Part shown: piece after piece, positions 25,568 to 35,171 of the stretch
How positions within the stretch are numbered: the stretch's first letter is position 1
Layout of the letters: every line of letters starts with the position of its first letter
Assembly (NCBI GenBank): GCA_001799615.1
Contig: MGTU01000027.1
Coordinates: 27,451-91,450, forward strand
Direction: 5' to 3'
Length of the DNA: 64,000 nt
Origin: Elusimicrobia bacterium GWA2_61_42
Lineage (GTDB): Bacteria; Elusimicrobiota; Elusimicrobia; Elusimicrobiales; UBA9959
Notes under the pieces: model-generated
What the model saw: only the letters and a program-made list of their open reading frames with translations
The model's database searches: none
Told to the model about the DNA's origin: nothing
Made by a program: the position numbers and the translations under genes

Positions 25568-27103
25568 ATGTTATCGAAGCTGCGCACATTATGCCTTAAG
25601 GGTATAGACGGCAGGGAGGTCAGCGCCGAGGTTTACATAGCCCCGGGCCTGCCCGCCTATACCGTGGTCGGCCTGCCCGACGCCGCCGTAAAAGAGGCGA
25701 AGGACCGCGTAGTGGCCGCCGTGCGCAATTCCGGGTACGAGTTCCCTTCCAAACGGATAACGGTGAACCTCGCGCCGGCCGAAATAAAAAAGGCCGGCAC
25801 CCATTTCGACCTGCCGATAGCGCTGGGCGTGCTGGGGGCTTCGGGCAAGCTCGGCAAGAAACCGCCCGCGCGCCTGGCCGATACTTTCTTTATCGGCGAA
25901 CTGGCGCTGGACGGCGCCATCCGCCCGGTGGCGGGCGTGCTGCCCATGCTGCTGGCGCTCAAGGGGTCGGGCAAAACCGCCATAGTCCCTTTCGGCAATT
26001 CGGCCGAGGCCGCCGTTTCCGGCGTGACCTGCCTGGCCGCCTCCACCCTGAAGGAAGCCGCGGCCTGGCTGACGGGCGAGCTGGAACTTAACCCCTGCCT
26101 GCCGGCCCCGGACCAGAAGCCCGTTTCCGCCTGCGCCCCTGATTTTTCCGAAGTAAAGGGCCAGGCCTTCGCCAAGCGCGCCCTGGAAATAGCCGCGGCA
26201 GGTTTCCATAACGTCATCATGGTCGGCCCGCCCGGCGCCGGCAAGAGCATGCTGGCGCGCCGGTTCGGCGCGCTGCTCCCGCCGATGACTTTCGACGAGT
26301 CCCTGGAAACCACCAAGCTTTACTCCGTCAGCGGCCTGGGCCTGACCGGCCGGCTCGTACGCGAACGCCCTTTCAGGGAGCCGCACCATACTATTTCGGA
26401 CGCCGCCCTGATAGGCGGCGGCTCCAGTCCCCGGCCGGGAGAGGTGTCGCTGGCGCATAACGGGGTACTTTTCCTGGACGAGTTCCCGGAGTTCTCGCGC
26501 CCCGCCATCGAGGCGCTGCGCGAGCCGCTGGAGGCCTGGCGCGTCACCGTTTCCCGGGTGAAGGAGAGCGTGGCTTACCCGGCGCGTTTCCTTATGGTGG
26601 CCGCCATGAACCCCTGCCCCTGCGGCTACCTGGGGCATCCCACGCGCGAATGCGCCTGCACGCCGCTGCAGGTGCACAAGTACCGCGCCAAGGTTTCCGG
26701 GCCCATCCTGGACCGTATCGACCTGCATGTGCAGTTATCGGCCGTTAAATTCGCCGACTGGGAAGCCCTGCCCAAAGGCGAACCGTCGGCGGTGATAGCC
26801 GGCCGCGTGCTGAAGGCCATAGAGATCCAGCGCAAAAGATTCAGCGGGGAAACCCGGGCCAACGCCTTCATGGCGGGCGCCGAACTGCGCAGGCATTGCG
26901 CCCTGCCCGAGGGGGCCTCGGCCGTGCTTGAGACTGCCATGAATAAGCTCGGCTTCTCCGCCCGTTCCCTGGACAAGATCCTTAAGATCTCCAGGACCAT
27001 AGCGGACCTGGAAGGCGCGGCCGCGATAAAGCGGGAGCACGTTATAGAGGCGGTTCAGTACAGGATGTTGGACAAGGCGGCGGAACTGACCGCCGGGATT
27101 TGA
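25568..27103 (+). CDS. comM: Mg-chelatase-like AAA+ protein ComM/YifB
   Basis: 511 aa. Lon-like N-domain (GLPDAAVKEAKDRV, ITVNLAPAEIKKAGTHFDLPIA). Walker A GPPGAGKS. LFLDEFPEF. Conserved CxC...C cluster (PCPCGYLGHPTRECAC). Confidence 0.92.
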   Translation: MLSKLRTLCLKGIDGREVSAEVYIAPGLPAYTVVGLPDAAVKEAKDRVVAAVRNSGYEFPSKRITVNLAPAEIKKAGTHFDLPIALGVLGASGKLGKKPPARLADTFFIGELALDGAIRPVAGVLPMLLALKGSGKTAIVPFGNSAEAAVSGVTCLAASTLKEAAAWLTGELELNPCLPAPDQKPVSACAPDFSEVKGQAFAKRALEIAAAGFHNVIMVGPPGAGKSMLARRFGALLPPMTFDESLETTKLYSVSGLGLTGRLVRERPFREPHHTISDAALIGGGSSPRPGEVSLAHNGVLFLDEFPEFSRPAIEALREPLEAWRVTVSRVKESVAYPARFLMVAAMNPCPCGYLGHPTRECACTPLQVHKYRAKVSGPILDRIDLHVQLSAVKFADWEALPKGEPSAVIAGRVLKAIEIQRKRFSGETRANAFMAGAELRRHCALPEGASAVLETAMNKLGFSARSLDKILKISRTIADLEGAAAIKREHVIEAVQYRMLDKAAELTAGI

Positions 27104-27147
27104 AATTCACGGCCGCTTCGCGGCATAAGCGGGTATTGGAGGCTTAT

Positions 27148-28203
27148 ATGAGGAAGTTTAACTTTGCGGTTATTATACTGGCCCTGGCCGGCTGGGCAGG
27201 AGCGCAGCAGGTCAAACTGCTCGAGGCCGCTCCGGCGCCCGCGCCTGAAAAGGCCGTGTCCGCTCCCGTCAAGGAGGCGGCGCAGATCATATTGCCTTCC
27301 GAGGATAAGCCGGCGCCCGCCGTTAAACCCGCCGCGCCCAAACCGGCGCCCGCCGCCAGGCCCGCGGCCGCCCCGGCAGCAAAGAAAGCCCCGGCGGCAA
27401 AGAAAGCTCCGGCGGTCAAAAAAAAGACGGCCCCGCCCACGCCTGTCCCCGCGCCTGAGCCCGGGCCCGCAGGTGGTTTTGTCGTAACCAAGACCCACAC
27501 GGTCACTAAAGGCGACACGCTGTGGGACCTCTCGGTAAAATATTACCAGGATCCCTTTAAGTGGGGAAGGATCTACAACGCCAACCTGAGCGTGGTGTCC
27601 AATCCCGACCTGATCCTTCCAAAAGAGGAGCTGGTCATCCCGGCTATAATGGAAGAGGTCAGGCCGGAACTGAAAAAAACTTTCGTAATAGGGGAGGGGG
27701 AGACCGTAAAGGACGCGGAATTCTCAAGCACCGAAGTGAGCCAGCCCGCGGGCGGCGACCCGGCGCAGGCCAGGCCGGTCAAGTCCGCCGGCGCGGAACT
27801 GGGAGAGCTGCTCGGGGCTTTCGACCGGAACGATCTCTCCGAAGACATGCCAAAACACCAGAAGGAATGGACCGTGCTGGTGGTGGCCGACAACTGGCGC
27901 GAGGACGGCGTTATCACCGCCAAGGAAAAAGGCGACAACGACAGCATGGACGACAGCCTCTCCGAAAGCGGGGAAATCGTGACCGTCTCCATGGACAGGT
28001 CGGGGCTGGTTAAAGCGGGAGATCACCTGGCCGTTTACCTGATAGGAGCGGACGCCTACGGCAAGGACGGTAAAAAGCTGGGCCGCGAGATCCAGCCCGC
28101 CGGTACGCTGCAGGTGCTGAGCACTGACGGTTCCGACGTCAGGGCCAGGGTCGTAGACTCGGTCACCTCTATTTCCAAAGGTTACGTAGTTAAGAAGCGG
28201 TAG
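27148..28203 (+). CDS. secreted LysM-domain protein
   Basis: Start moved to ATG 27148 (GGAGG at 27138-27142; signal peptide MRKFNFAVIILALAGWAGAQQ). K/A/P-rich linker. LysM motif HTVTKGDTLWDLSVKYYQDPFKWGRIYNAN...LILPKEELVIP. Confidence 0.8.
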   Translation: MRKFNFAVIILALAGWAGAQQVKLLEAAPAPAPEKAVSAPVKEAAQIILPSEDKPAPAVKPAAPKPAPAARPAAAPAAKKAPAAKKAPAVKKKTAPPTPVPAPEPGPAGGFVVTKTHTVTKGDTLWDLSVKYYQDPFKWGRIYNANLSVVSNPDLILPKEELVIPAIMEEVRPELKKTFVIGEGETVKDAEFSSTEVSQPAGGDPAQARPVKSAGAELGELLGAFDRNDLSEDMPKHQKEWTVLVVADNWREDGVITAKEKGDNDSMDDSLSESGEIVTVSMDRSGLVKAGDHLAVYLIGADAYGKDGKKLGREIQPAGTLQVLSTDGSDVRARVVDSVTSISKGYVVKKR

Positions 28204-28215
28204 TCGGGAGGGTCT

Positions 28216-29346
28216 ATGGGGGCAGACGCCGGGGAAGAGAAACTGGCCCGGGTGCGGCTGAATTTTTTCGCCTGTCACAAGAGCGACTGGCTGCTGCGCC
28301 TTATCGAGCTGTACGGGGGCGCGGCCGAGCTTTTAAAAAGACCTCCGGCAGAGCTGGCCGCGGAAGGCGGGGTGATGCTTGATACCGCCCTGCGCCTGGC
28401 CGCGCAGACGGCCGAGGCAAACCCGGAAAAAGAGATGCTGGCCGCGAACAGGGCCGGCATCGCCGTTTTAACGGCCCTCGACGAGGGTTATCCTGAACTC
28501 CTGAAGAAGATCTATGATCCGCCGCTGGTCCTTTATGTCCGCGGCCAGCTGAAGCCGCTGCCTGCCGCCGGTATAGTGGGAACGCGTAAAGCCACCCCCT
28601 ACGGCCTGCGCACGGCCGGGCGCCTGGCGCGCGAGCTGGCGGAGGCCGGGGTGGCCGTAGCCAGCGGGCTGGCGAGAGGCATAGATACCGCTGCGCACCA
28701 GGCGGCCGTGGAGGCGGGCGGCGTGACCTGGGCCGCCCTGGGCGCCGGCCTGAACTGTATCTACCCGGAGGAGAACAAGAAACTGGCCGCGAAGATAACG
28801 GATTCGGGCGGAGCGCTTATTTCAGAGTTCCCGCTGGACAAGGGGCCGCTGCCGGCCAATTTCCCGCGGCGCAACCGCGTAATTTCCGGGCTGTCCCTGG
28901 CCACGGTGGTGGTGGAAGGCGGTTTTGAGTCCGGAGCGCTGATCACCGCGCGCTTCGCGCTGGACCAGGGGCGAGAGGTGCTGGCCGTACCGGGGCAGGT
29001 GGATTGCCCGGTGGGCCGCGGGCCTAATTTTCTCATTAAGAACGGCGCATATCCCGCGGAATGCGGCAACGATATTATTTCCTGCTTTCCGCCGGAGGCG
29101 CTGTTCGGGCTGAAGCTGGCGGCGCCGAAACAGGCGGCGGGGCCCTCGGACGCGGCGCTGAAGGAGCTTTCCCCTGACGCGCTGCTGGCGTATAAAGCCA
29201 TTGCCGGGGACGAGAGGGGACTTAGCGCGGACGAGGTTACGCTGCGGCTGGAGTGGCAGGTGCAGCGGGCCGCGGCGGCGCTGTTCGAACTGGAGACTTC
29301 TTCCCTGGTCCTGTCCCGGGGCGGCCGCTACTGCCGCGCGATTTAA
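28216..29346 (+). CDS. dprA: DNA processing protein DprA (Smf)
   Basis: GIVGTRKATPYG, ASGLARGIDTAAHQAA, YPEENKKLA, ISEFP, PANFPRRNRVISGLS, and a C-terminal winged-helix region. Confidence 0.92.
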   Translation: MGADAGEEKLARVRLNFFACHKSDWLLRLIELYGGAAELLKRPPAELAAEGGVMLDTALRLAAQTAEANPEKEMLAANRAGIAVLTALDEGYPELLKKIYDPPLVLYVRGQLKPLPAAGIVGTRKATPYGLRTAGRLARELAEAGVAVASGLARGIDTAAHQAAVEAGGVTWAALGAGLNCIYPEENKKLAAKITDSGGALISEFPLDKGPLPANFPRRNRVISGLSLATVVVEGGFESGALITARFALDQGREVLAVPGQVDCPVGRGPNFLIKNGAYPAECGNDIISCFPPEALFGLKLAAPKQAAGPSDAALKELSPDALLAYKAIAGDERGLSADEVTLRLEWQVQRAAAALFELETSSLVLSRGGRYCRAI

Positions 29347-29512
29347 AGCGCAACGGCAAGCCGGAGAACCTCCGAAGGCGGCAAAAGAGGGGAGAAGCCC
29401 GTCAGGCTCCCCGGCGGCCCCCGTTCTCACCTGTCCCGGGCGGCTTTTTGGGGTCTTTTTGCCCCGCTTCTTTGCCTTATAAGGATAAAATATAATATTA
29501 TAGATATCTATT

Positions 29513-31726
29513 ATGGCTGAAAAACCCCTTAAAGCTGAAAAGACCCCTAAAGTTATGGCTGAAAAAACACCTAAACCCGCGGTGGAGAAAAAACCCAAGG
29601 CCGCGAAGGCCGGCATGAAGCACCTGGTCATTGTAGAGTCTCCCACCAAAGAGAAGACCATCAGCCGCTTCCTCGACTCCGATTTTGTCGTGCGCAGTTC
29701 CTTCGGCCACGTGCGCGACCTGCCCAAGGACGAACTGGGCGTGGACGTGAAGGATAAGTTCGCCGCCAAGTACGTGCTGGTGGAGCGGGCCAAAAAGATC
29801 ATAGCCGACCTGAATTCCATAGCCAAGAACGCGGACGTGGTCTACCTGGCCACCGACCCTGACCGCGAAGGCGAGGCCATCAGCTGGCATTTGCGGGAAG
29901 TGATAAAGACCGACGCGCCGTTCAAGCGCATCAGCTTCCACGAGATCACCAAGACCGCCATAGAGGAATCCCTGAAGAGCCCGCGGGACCTGGATATGGC
30001 GCTGGTGAACGCGCAGCAGTCCCGCCGCATCATAGACCGCATAGTGGGCTACAAGCTTTCGCCGCTGCTCTGGAGCAAGATCAAGAGCGGCCTGTCGGCG
30101 GGGCGCGTGCAGTCGGTGACGGTGCGCCTGATAGCCGAGCGCGCCAAGGAGATAGCGGCCTTCAAGGAAGAGGACTATTTCACCGTTTATACCAGGCTGG
30201 CCAAGGGCGACTCCAAGGATTTCGACTCCAAGCTGGTGCGCTGGGAAGGCGCCGCGGTGGAGCAGACCATCCTGCTGAAGCTTTTCGCCGAGGATTACCG
30301 CTACAAGACCTCGGTCTTCAAGAAAATAGAGGATACGGTGGAAGCCGGCACGCACCTGCGCGGCTCCAAACTGACGGTTTCCAAGGTGGACGCCAAGGCG
30401 GTGCGCCAGAAACCCAAGCCGCCTTTTATCACCAGCACGCTGCAGCAGGACGCCTATAACAAGCTGGGCTTTTCCTCGGACCGCACCATGAAAGTGGCGC
30501 AGAGCCTCTACGAAGGCGTGGAGCTGGAAGGGGAGCGCTCGGGTCTTATCACCTACATGCGTACCGACTCCTTCAACGTGAGCGCCGACATGCAGAAGGA
30601 AGCGGCCAAGTTCATCGCCGAGATCTACGGCAAGGACTTCTGCCCGGCCAAGCCGCCGACCTACCTTAAGAAGGTAAAGGGCGCGCAGGAAGCCCACGAG
30701 GCCATCCACCCCACCTCGGCCTACAAGCGGCCCGAGGAAGTGGCCAAGTTCCTTAACCCCGACCAGGCCAAGCTTTACGACCTGATCTGGCGCCGCTTCA
30801 TGGCCAGCCAGATGGAAGAAGCCATCTTCGACTCGCTCTCCGTCGAATTCTCCGACGAAAAGAGCCGCGCCGTGCTGCGCACCAGCGGCCGCACCGTGAA
30901 GTTCGAAGGCTACCTGAAGATCTACATGGAGGAGAAGGAAGACGAAGTGGCCGGCGAGGACGAGGAAGGCTCGGCCGCCCTGCCCCCGCTAAAGGAAGGC
31001 GACGTCGTCACGCTCAAGGACGTTTCCACCAAGGCGCACAAAACCAGCCCTCCGCCCAACTACAACGAGGCCAGCATCATCAAGACGCTGGAAAAGCACG
31101 GCATCGGCCGCCCGTCCACTTATGCGGTCATCATCAAGAACGTCATAGACCGCGGCTACATCAACCGCGAGAAAGACCGCAAGCTGCTGATCACCGAGCT
31201 GGGCGCCCTGGTGACCGAGAAGCTCAAGGACTTCTTCAAGGACATCATGGAGATCTCCTACACGGCCTCCATCGAAGACCGGCTGGACGATATCGCCGAC
31301 GGCACCATGGACTGGGTGAAATTCATGCAGGATTTCTACGGCCCGTTCGCCATCGAACTGGCCACGGCGGAAAAGGACATGACCAGGTCCCGTCCGAACG
31401 TGATCAAGACCAACGAGAAGTGCCCGCTCTGCCTGAGCCCCATGGTGCAGCGCGAAAGCCGCTTCGGCAAATACCTGTCCTGCTCGCGCTTTCCCAAGTG
31501 CAAGGGCAAGGTGCCGCTGGACAAGGAAGGCAATAAGCAGGATTACTTCGCGCCGATAAAGACCGAGAAGATCTGCACCAAGTGCAATAAGAACGCCATG
31601 CTGCTCCGCAAGAGCGCGCGCGGCTACTTCCTGGCCTGTTCGGGCTTTCCCAAGTGCCGCAATATCGAGCCGCCTACGCCGGAAGAAGTGGAGAGGCTGA
31701 TAAGTTCCAGGACCAAGCCCGCCTAG
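29513..31726 (+). CDS. topA: DNA topoisomerase I (type IA) with possible Lys-rich N-terminal tail
   Basis: Toprim LVIVESPTKEKTI. Active-site region ITYMRTDS. Two C4 zinc ribbons (CPLC...CSRFPKC, CTKC...CSGFPKC). Start uncertain among in-frame ATGs at 29513, 29555 and 29615. Confidence 0.9.
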   Translation: MAEKPLKAEKTPKVMAEKTPKPAVEKKPKAAKAGMKHLVIVESPTKEKTISRFLDSDFVVRSSFGHVRDLPKDELGVDVKDKFAAKYVLVERAKKIIADLNSIAKNADVVYLATDPDREGEAISWHLREVIKTDAPFKRISFHEITKTAIEESLKSPRDLDMALVNAQQSRRIIDRIVGYKLSPLLWSKIKSGLSAGRVQSVTVRLIAERAKEIAAFKEEDYFTVYTRLAKGDSKDFDSKLVRWEGAAVEQTILLKLFAEDYRYKTSVFKKIEDTVEAGTHLRGSKLTVSKVDAKAVRQKPKPPFITSTLQQDAYNKLGFSSDRTMKVAQSLYEGVELEGERSGLITYMRTDSFNVSADMQKEAAKFIAEIYGKDFCPAKPPTYLKKVKGAQEAHEAIHPTSAYKRPEEVAKFLNPDQAKLYDLIWRRFMASQMEEAIFDSLSVEFSDEKSRAVLRTSGRTVKFEGYLKIYMEEKEDEVAGEDEEGSAALPPLKEGDVVTLKDVSTKAHKTSPPPNYNEASIIKTLEKHGIGRPSTYAVIIKNVIDRGYINREKDRKLLITELGALVTEKLKDFFKDIMEISYTASIEDRLDDIADGTMDWVKFMQDFYGPFAIELATAEKDMTRSRPNVIKTNEKCPLCLSPMVQRESRFGKYLSCSRFPKCKGKVPLDKEGNKQDYFAPIKTEKICTKCNKNAMLLRKSARGYFLACSGFPKCRNIEPPTPEEVERLISSRTKPA

Positions 31727-31740
31727 TTCAAGGGCGGCGC

Positions 31741-31779
31741 AAAAAAAACCCGGGCCGAAAAGCCCGGGTTCTTTTTTTG
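31741..31779. terminator. bidirectional rho-independent terminator (topA / amylase)
   Basis: A8-AACCCGGGC(31747-31755)-CGAAAA-GCCCGGGTT(31762-31770)-CTTTTTTT. Confidence 0.85.
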
Positions 31780-31790
31780 CGGCGTCCGGC

Positions 31791-33236
31791 CTATTTCGAG
31801 GAACGGCTCCACACGGCGTAGCGCTCGCCGCTGGCCTCCAGGGTCCAGCCGTCGCCCGGGTTCCAGCCCCAGTTGCGGCCCAGCTTCATCACCAGCTGGC
31901 GGTTCTTGCCGGCTATGGTGGCCGCGTACAGGCCGTTGCTGGCCGCCAGTATCTGCATGGGGCTGGTGGAGGTTACGCCCGCGCTTTTGCGCACCGCCAG
32001 CAGCTTTGTGATGGCGTCGCGGTAGGCGGGGCCCCAGTCGAAGAAGTGCGGCCAGAACACGCAGGGGATGCCGGGATGGGTCAGGATGTAGGCGTAGCCC
32101 ATCAGGCGCTGCGTTCTGTATTCCTGCGTCGCGTTCTGTATGAAATTCGGGTCGCGGGGGGAAGTGTCGTGGGACTCGACGTAGGTGACGGACTTGGCGG
32201 GCCACCAGCCGATCACGCCGGAGGGGCGGCCGTTGTCGTTGAGGAGTTCGTAGCGCTCGCTTTCCACCGCGCCCACCAGGGCGTAGCGCTGGGTGAAGTC
32301 GAAGGCCGTGGAGGCGTTGGCCTTGCCGGAAGAGGAGTCCGTGCCGTCTATCCAGTCCGTTATCTGCCGGCGGTCGGTGTCGTAGTATTCCCCCACGGTG
32401 AAAACGGGGCTGGAAGCCTTGTTGTAGTCCTCGATATGGGACGGGGCGTAGCCTTTTACCATGTCGTAGCGCCAGCCGTCGAAGCCTACGGTGTGCTTGA
32501 GCCAGCGCAGGAACACGCGGCTGTCCTCCTGCACGGCCGGGTTGCGGTGGTCCAGGTCCCTGCAGCCGAAGTCGCCCTGGCCTTCGTCGCCGTAAAGGGC
32601 GCGCGGCAGGGCGGCGTAGGCCGGCTGGGCCCAGACTTCGTCGTCGTTGACGATAACGTTGGAGGGCCAGTCGGGGGATTTGAAATCCAGCCAGTTGCTG
32701 CTGCCGTTGCGGTGATTCAGGACTATGTCGGCCAGCACTTTTACGCCGGACCTGTGCATGGACTTTACGGCTTCGAGCAGGGCCTCTTTCTTTCCCCACT
32801 GGGAGTCCAGGTTATACCACTCTTTAGGATAATAGCTGCCCAGCGAAACCGGGGGGAACCAGACCAGGTCGAAGCCGGCGGCGGCGACCTCCGGGGCCTT
32901 GCGCGCCAGCACGCCCCACCAGCCGCCCGCGGGATGCTGCCAGTAATCGTCGGCGTACCAGTGAAAGCCCTGCAGCAGCACCAGTTCGCTGCCGGGCACG
33001 TCCAGGCGGCGCTGCGGGGGAGGGGTGAAGACCTTGCTGGAATATTTGCCGGCGGCGGCGCGCCAGTCGGCTTCGGCCGCCGCGAAAGTCCTGGCGGGCT
33101 CGGGGGCGGAAACCGCCGCGGCGCCGGCCGCGGCCTTCAGCTGGTCGCCGGCCGGCTTCAGGGCCTCGGCGTAAACGGGGAAATTAAAAAGGAAAGGCAG
33201 CAGCAGCGCTGAAAAGAGTTTGGTTGCCCGCGTCAT
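31791..33236 (-). CDS. secreted alpha-amylase, GH13 (plant/archaeal-like subfamily)
   Basis: Signal peptide. LLQGFHWY, VWFPPVS, ADIVLNHR, GWRYDMVKGY, EYYD, VESHDT, YILTHPGIPCVFWPHFFDWG. Confidence 0.88.
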   Translation of the reverse strand: MTRATKLFSALLLPFLFNFPVYAEALKPAGDQLKAAAGAAAVSAPEPARTFAAAEADWRAAAGKYSSKVFTPPPQRRLDVPGSELVLLQGFHWYADDYWQHPAGGWWGVLARKAPEVAAAGFDLVWFPPVSLGSYYPKEWYNLDSQWGKKEALLEAVKSMHRSGVKVLADIVLNHRNGSSNWLDFKSPDWPSNVIVNDDEVWAQPAYAALPRALYGDEGQGDFGCRDLDHRNPAVQEDSRVFLRWLKHTVGFDGWRYDMVKGYAPSHIEDYNKASSPVFTVGEYYDTDRRQITDWIDGTDSSSGKANASTAFDFTQRYALVGAVESERYELLNDNGRPSGVIGWWPAKSVTYVESHDTSPRDPNFIQNATQEYRTQRLMGYAYILTHPGIPCVFWPHFFDWGPAYRDAITKLLAVRKSAGVTSTSPMQILAASNGLYAATIAGKNRQLVMKLGRNWGWNPGDGWTLEASGERYAVWSRSSK

Positions 33237-33345
33237 CGTTTGCTCTCCGTGCCCAGGGATCTTGAAAATATTATAACCGATTTAAACAATATGAAAAGGG
33301 CCAAAAGGCCTATAAACCCTTCGCCAACTTGCTAAAATTATAGGG

Positions 33346-34254
33346 ATGAACCTCCTTGTAGAGCGGTTCCTGCTGCACCTTAAGGCGCAGCGCAACTTCG
33401 CGCGCAATACCATAAAGGCCTACCAGTTCGACCTGGGAGAGTTCTTGTCCTATGCCGCGGCCAATAAAGCCGCGGCGCCCGCCGCCCTCGACCGCCTGCT
33501 GATGCGCGGTTATATCTCCGCCATAAACGAACATAAGGTTTCGCGCAACACGCTGCTGCGCAAGATCTCCGCGGTGCGCTCTTTCATCCGTTATCTGCTG
33601 GAAACCGGGCAGCTGGAGACGGACCCTTTCGACCTGATCACCATTCCCAAGAAGGAAAAGCGGCTGCCGCGCTTCCTCACCGAGGGGGAGGTGGGCCGCC
33701 TGCAGGACCATAACAGCCCGGAACAGGTGAACGCCAGGGAAAAGAACTACTACTTCGCGGCGCGGGATTACGCGCTCTTCGAACTTGTTTATTCCAGCGG
33801 CCTGCGCCGCTCCGAGGCCGCCGGGCTCAATATAGGCGACCTCGACCTGTTTTCCGGTTTCGCCCGCGTTATGGGCAAGGGCTCGCGCGAGCGGCTGGTG
33901 CCGGTGGGCGACAAGGCGCTTACGGCTATCCGCGCCTACCTCGAGACCCGGCCCAAGCCGCTGGCCCACGGCCACCCGCTGTTCCTCAACCATAAAGACG
34001 GCCGCCTGAGCGGCGCGGGCATCGCGCTTATCTTTAAGAAAATGGCCAAAAGGGCCAGGTTCGCCAGGCCGATGAACCCGCATTCCGTGCGCCATTCCTT
34101 CGCCACCCACATGCTGGACCACGGCTGCGACCTGAAGTCCGTACAGGAGATCCTGGGGCACAAGAACCTGCAGACCACCGAGATCTACACTCACGTCTCC
34201 CTGGAGCGCCTTAAGGAAGTTTACGACAAGGCGCACCCGAGGTCCAAGAAGTAA
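33346..34254 (+). CDS. tyrosine site-specific recombinase, XerC/XerD family
   Basis: 302 aa. N-terminal SAM-like core-binding domain. Catalytic R..., HSVRHSFATHML, LGHKNLQTTEIYTHV. Confidence 0.88.
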   Translation: MNLLVERFLLHLKAQRNFARNTIKAYQFDLGEFLSYAAANKAAAPAALDRLLMRGYISAINEHKVSRNTLLRKISAVRSFIRYLLETGQLETDPFDLITIPKKEKRLPRFLTEGEVGRLQDHNSPEQVNAREKNYYFAARDYALFELVYSSGLRRSEAAGLNIGDLDLFSGFARVMGKGSRERLVPVGDKALTAIRAYLETRPKPLAHGHPLFLNHKDGRLSGAGIALIFKKMAKRARFARPMNPHSVRHSFATHMLDHGCDLKSVQEILGHKNLQTTEIYTHVSLERLKEVYDKAHPRSKK

Positions 34255-35171
34255 TGTCTTTCGATCCCGCGCTGGACAAAGCTCCCGAACTGCTGGCCCG
34301 CGCCGCGCGCGCCGCGGGCTGCCGCCCCGACCTGACGCAGGGCGGGGGCGGCAATGTTTCCGTGAAACTCGGCGCGGAGCGCATGCTGGTCAAGGCTTCA
34401 GGAGTGCAGCTCAAAGACGTCACGCCCGAAAGCGGTTACGCCCTGGTCAATTACGGCAATATCCGCCGCCGCGTCTCGGCCGGGCCCGGCGGCGAGAGCG
34501 AGTTCTCGGATTTTATCTGCGCGCAGGCGCTGCCGGTGCGCGGCGTCAAGGCCGCCAAACCGTCCATCGAGACCGGCTTCCACGCGCTGCTGAACACGGT
34601 GGTCATCCACACCCATTCCGTCTACGCCAATATCCTCAACATGAGCGTCGAGGGCCACACCCTCGGGCGCGAGCTGTTCCCGACGGCGGAATTCATCGCC
34701 TACAAGTCCCCGGGACCGCAGCTCTGTTCGGCCATCAACGACAGGGCCAGGGCTTCCGGCCCGCAGGTGTTCTTCCTGGCGAACCACGGCCTGGCGGTGG
34801 CGCACGCCGGGGTGGAAGGCGCCCTGGACCTGAACGAAAAGGTGAACGAGACCATCCGCCGCGGGCTTTCCCTGCCCGCTTATCCCTGCGTGAAGCCCTC
34901 GGCGGGGCTTTCAACCCATAACGCCGCCTGCCTGGCCCGTTACGGCAAGGCCTTTATGCTGGAGAACGTGCTGTCGCCCGACCAGGCGCTCTATTGCGGG
35001 GCGGAGGAACTGGAGGGAAAATGCGGCGCGGCGGCCAACGAAGTGCTTACCGCGCTGTTCTATATTCTGACTTGCATCAGGGCTTTGAAATTCACGCCGA
35101 GGTTCCTTACCGCGGCCGACGTCGCTTATTTTGACGCCATGAAAAGCGGCCGCTACAGCAGGAAGGGCTAG
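34254..35171 (+). CDS. class II aldolase/adducin-domain protein
   Basis: QGGGGNVSVKL...MLVKASG, VIHTHSVYAN, FFLANHGLAV. These motifs are typical of class II (metal-dependent) aldolase-fold proteins. Substrate unknown. Confidence 0.6.
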   Translation: MSFDPALDKAPELLARAARAAGCRPDLTQGGGGNVSVKLGAERMLVKASGVQLKDVTPESGYALVNYGNIRRRVSAGPGGESEFSDFICAQALPVRGVKAAKPSIETGFHALLNTVVIHTHSVYANILNMSVEGHTLGRELFPTAEFIAYKSPGPQLCSAINDRARASGPQVFFLANHGLAVAHAGVEGALDLNEKVNETIRRGLSLPAYPCVKPSAGLSTHNAACLARYGKAFMLENVLSPDQALYCGAEELEGKCGAAANEVLTALFYILTCIRALKFTPRFLTAADVAYFDAMKSGRYSRKG

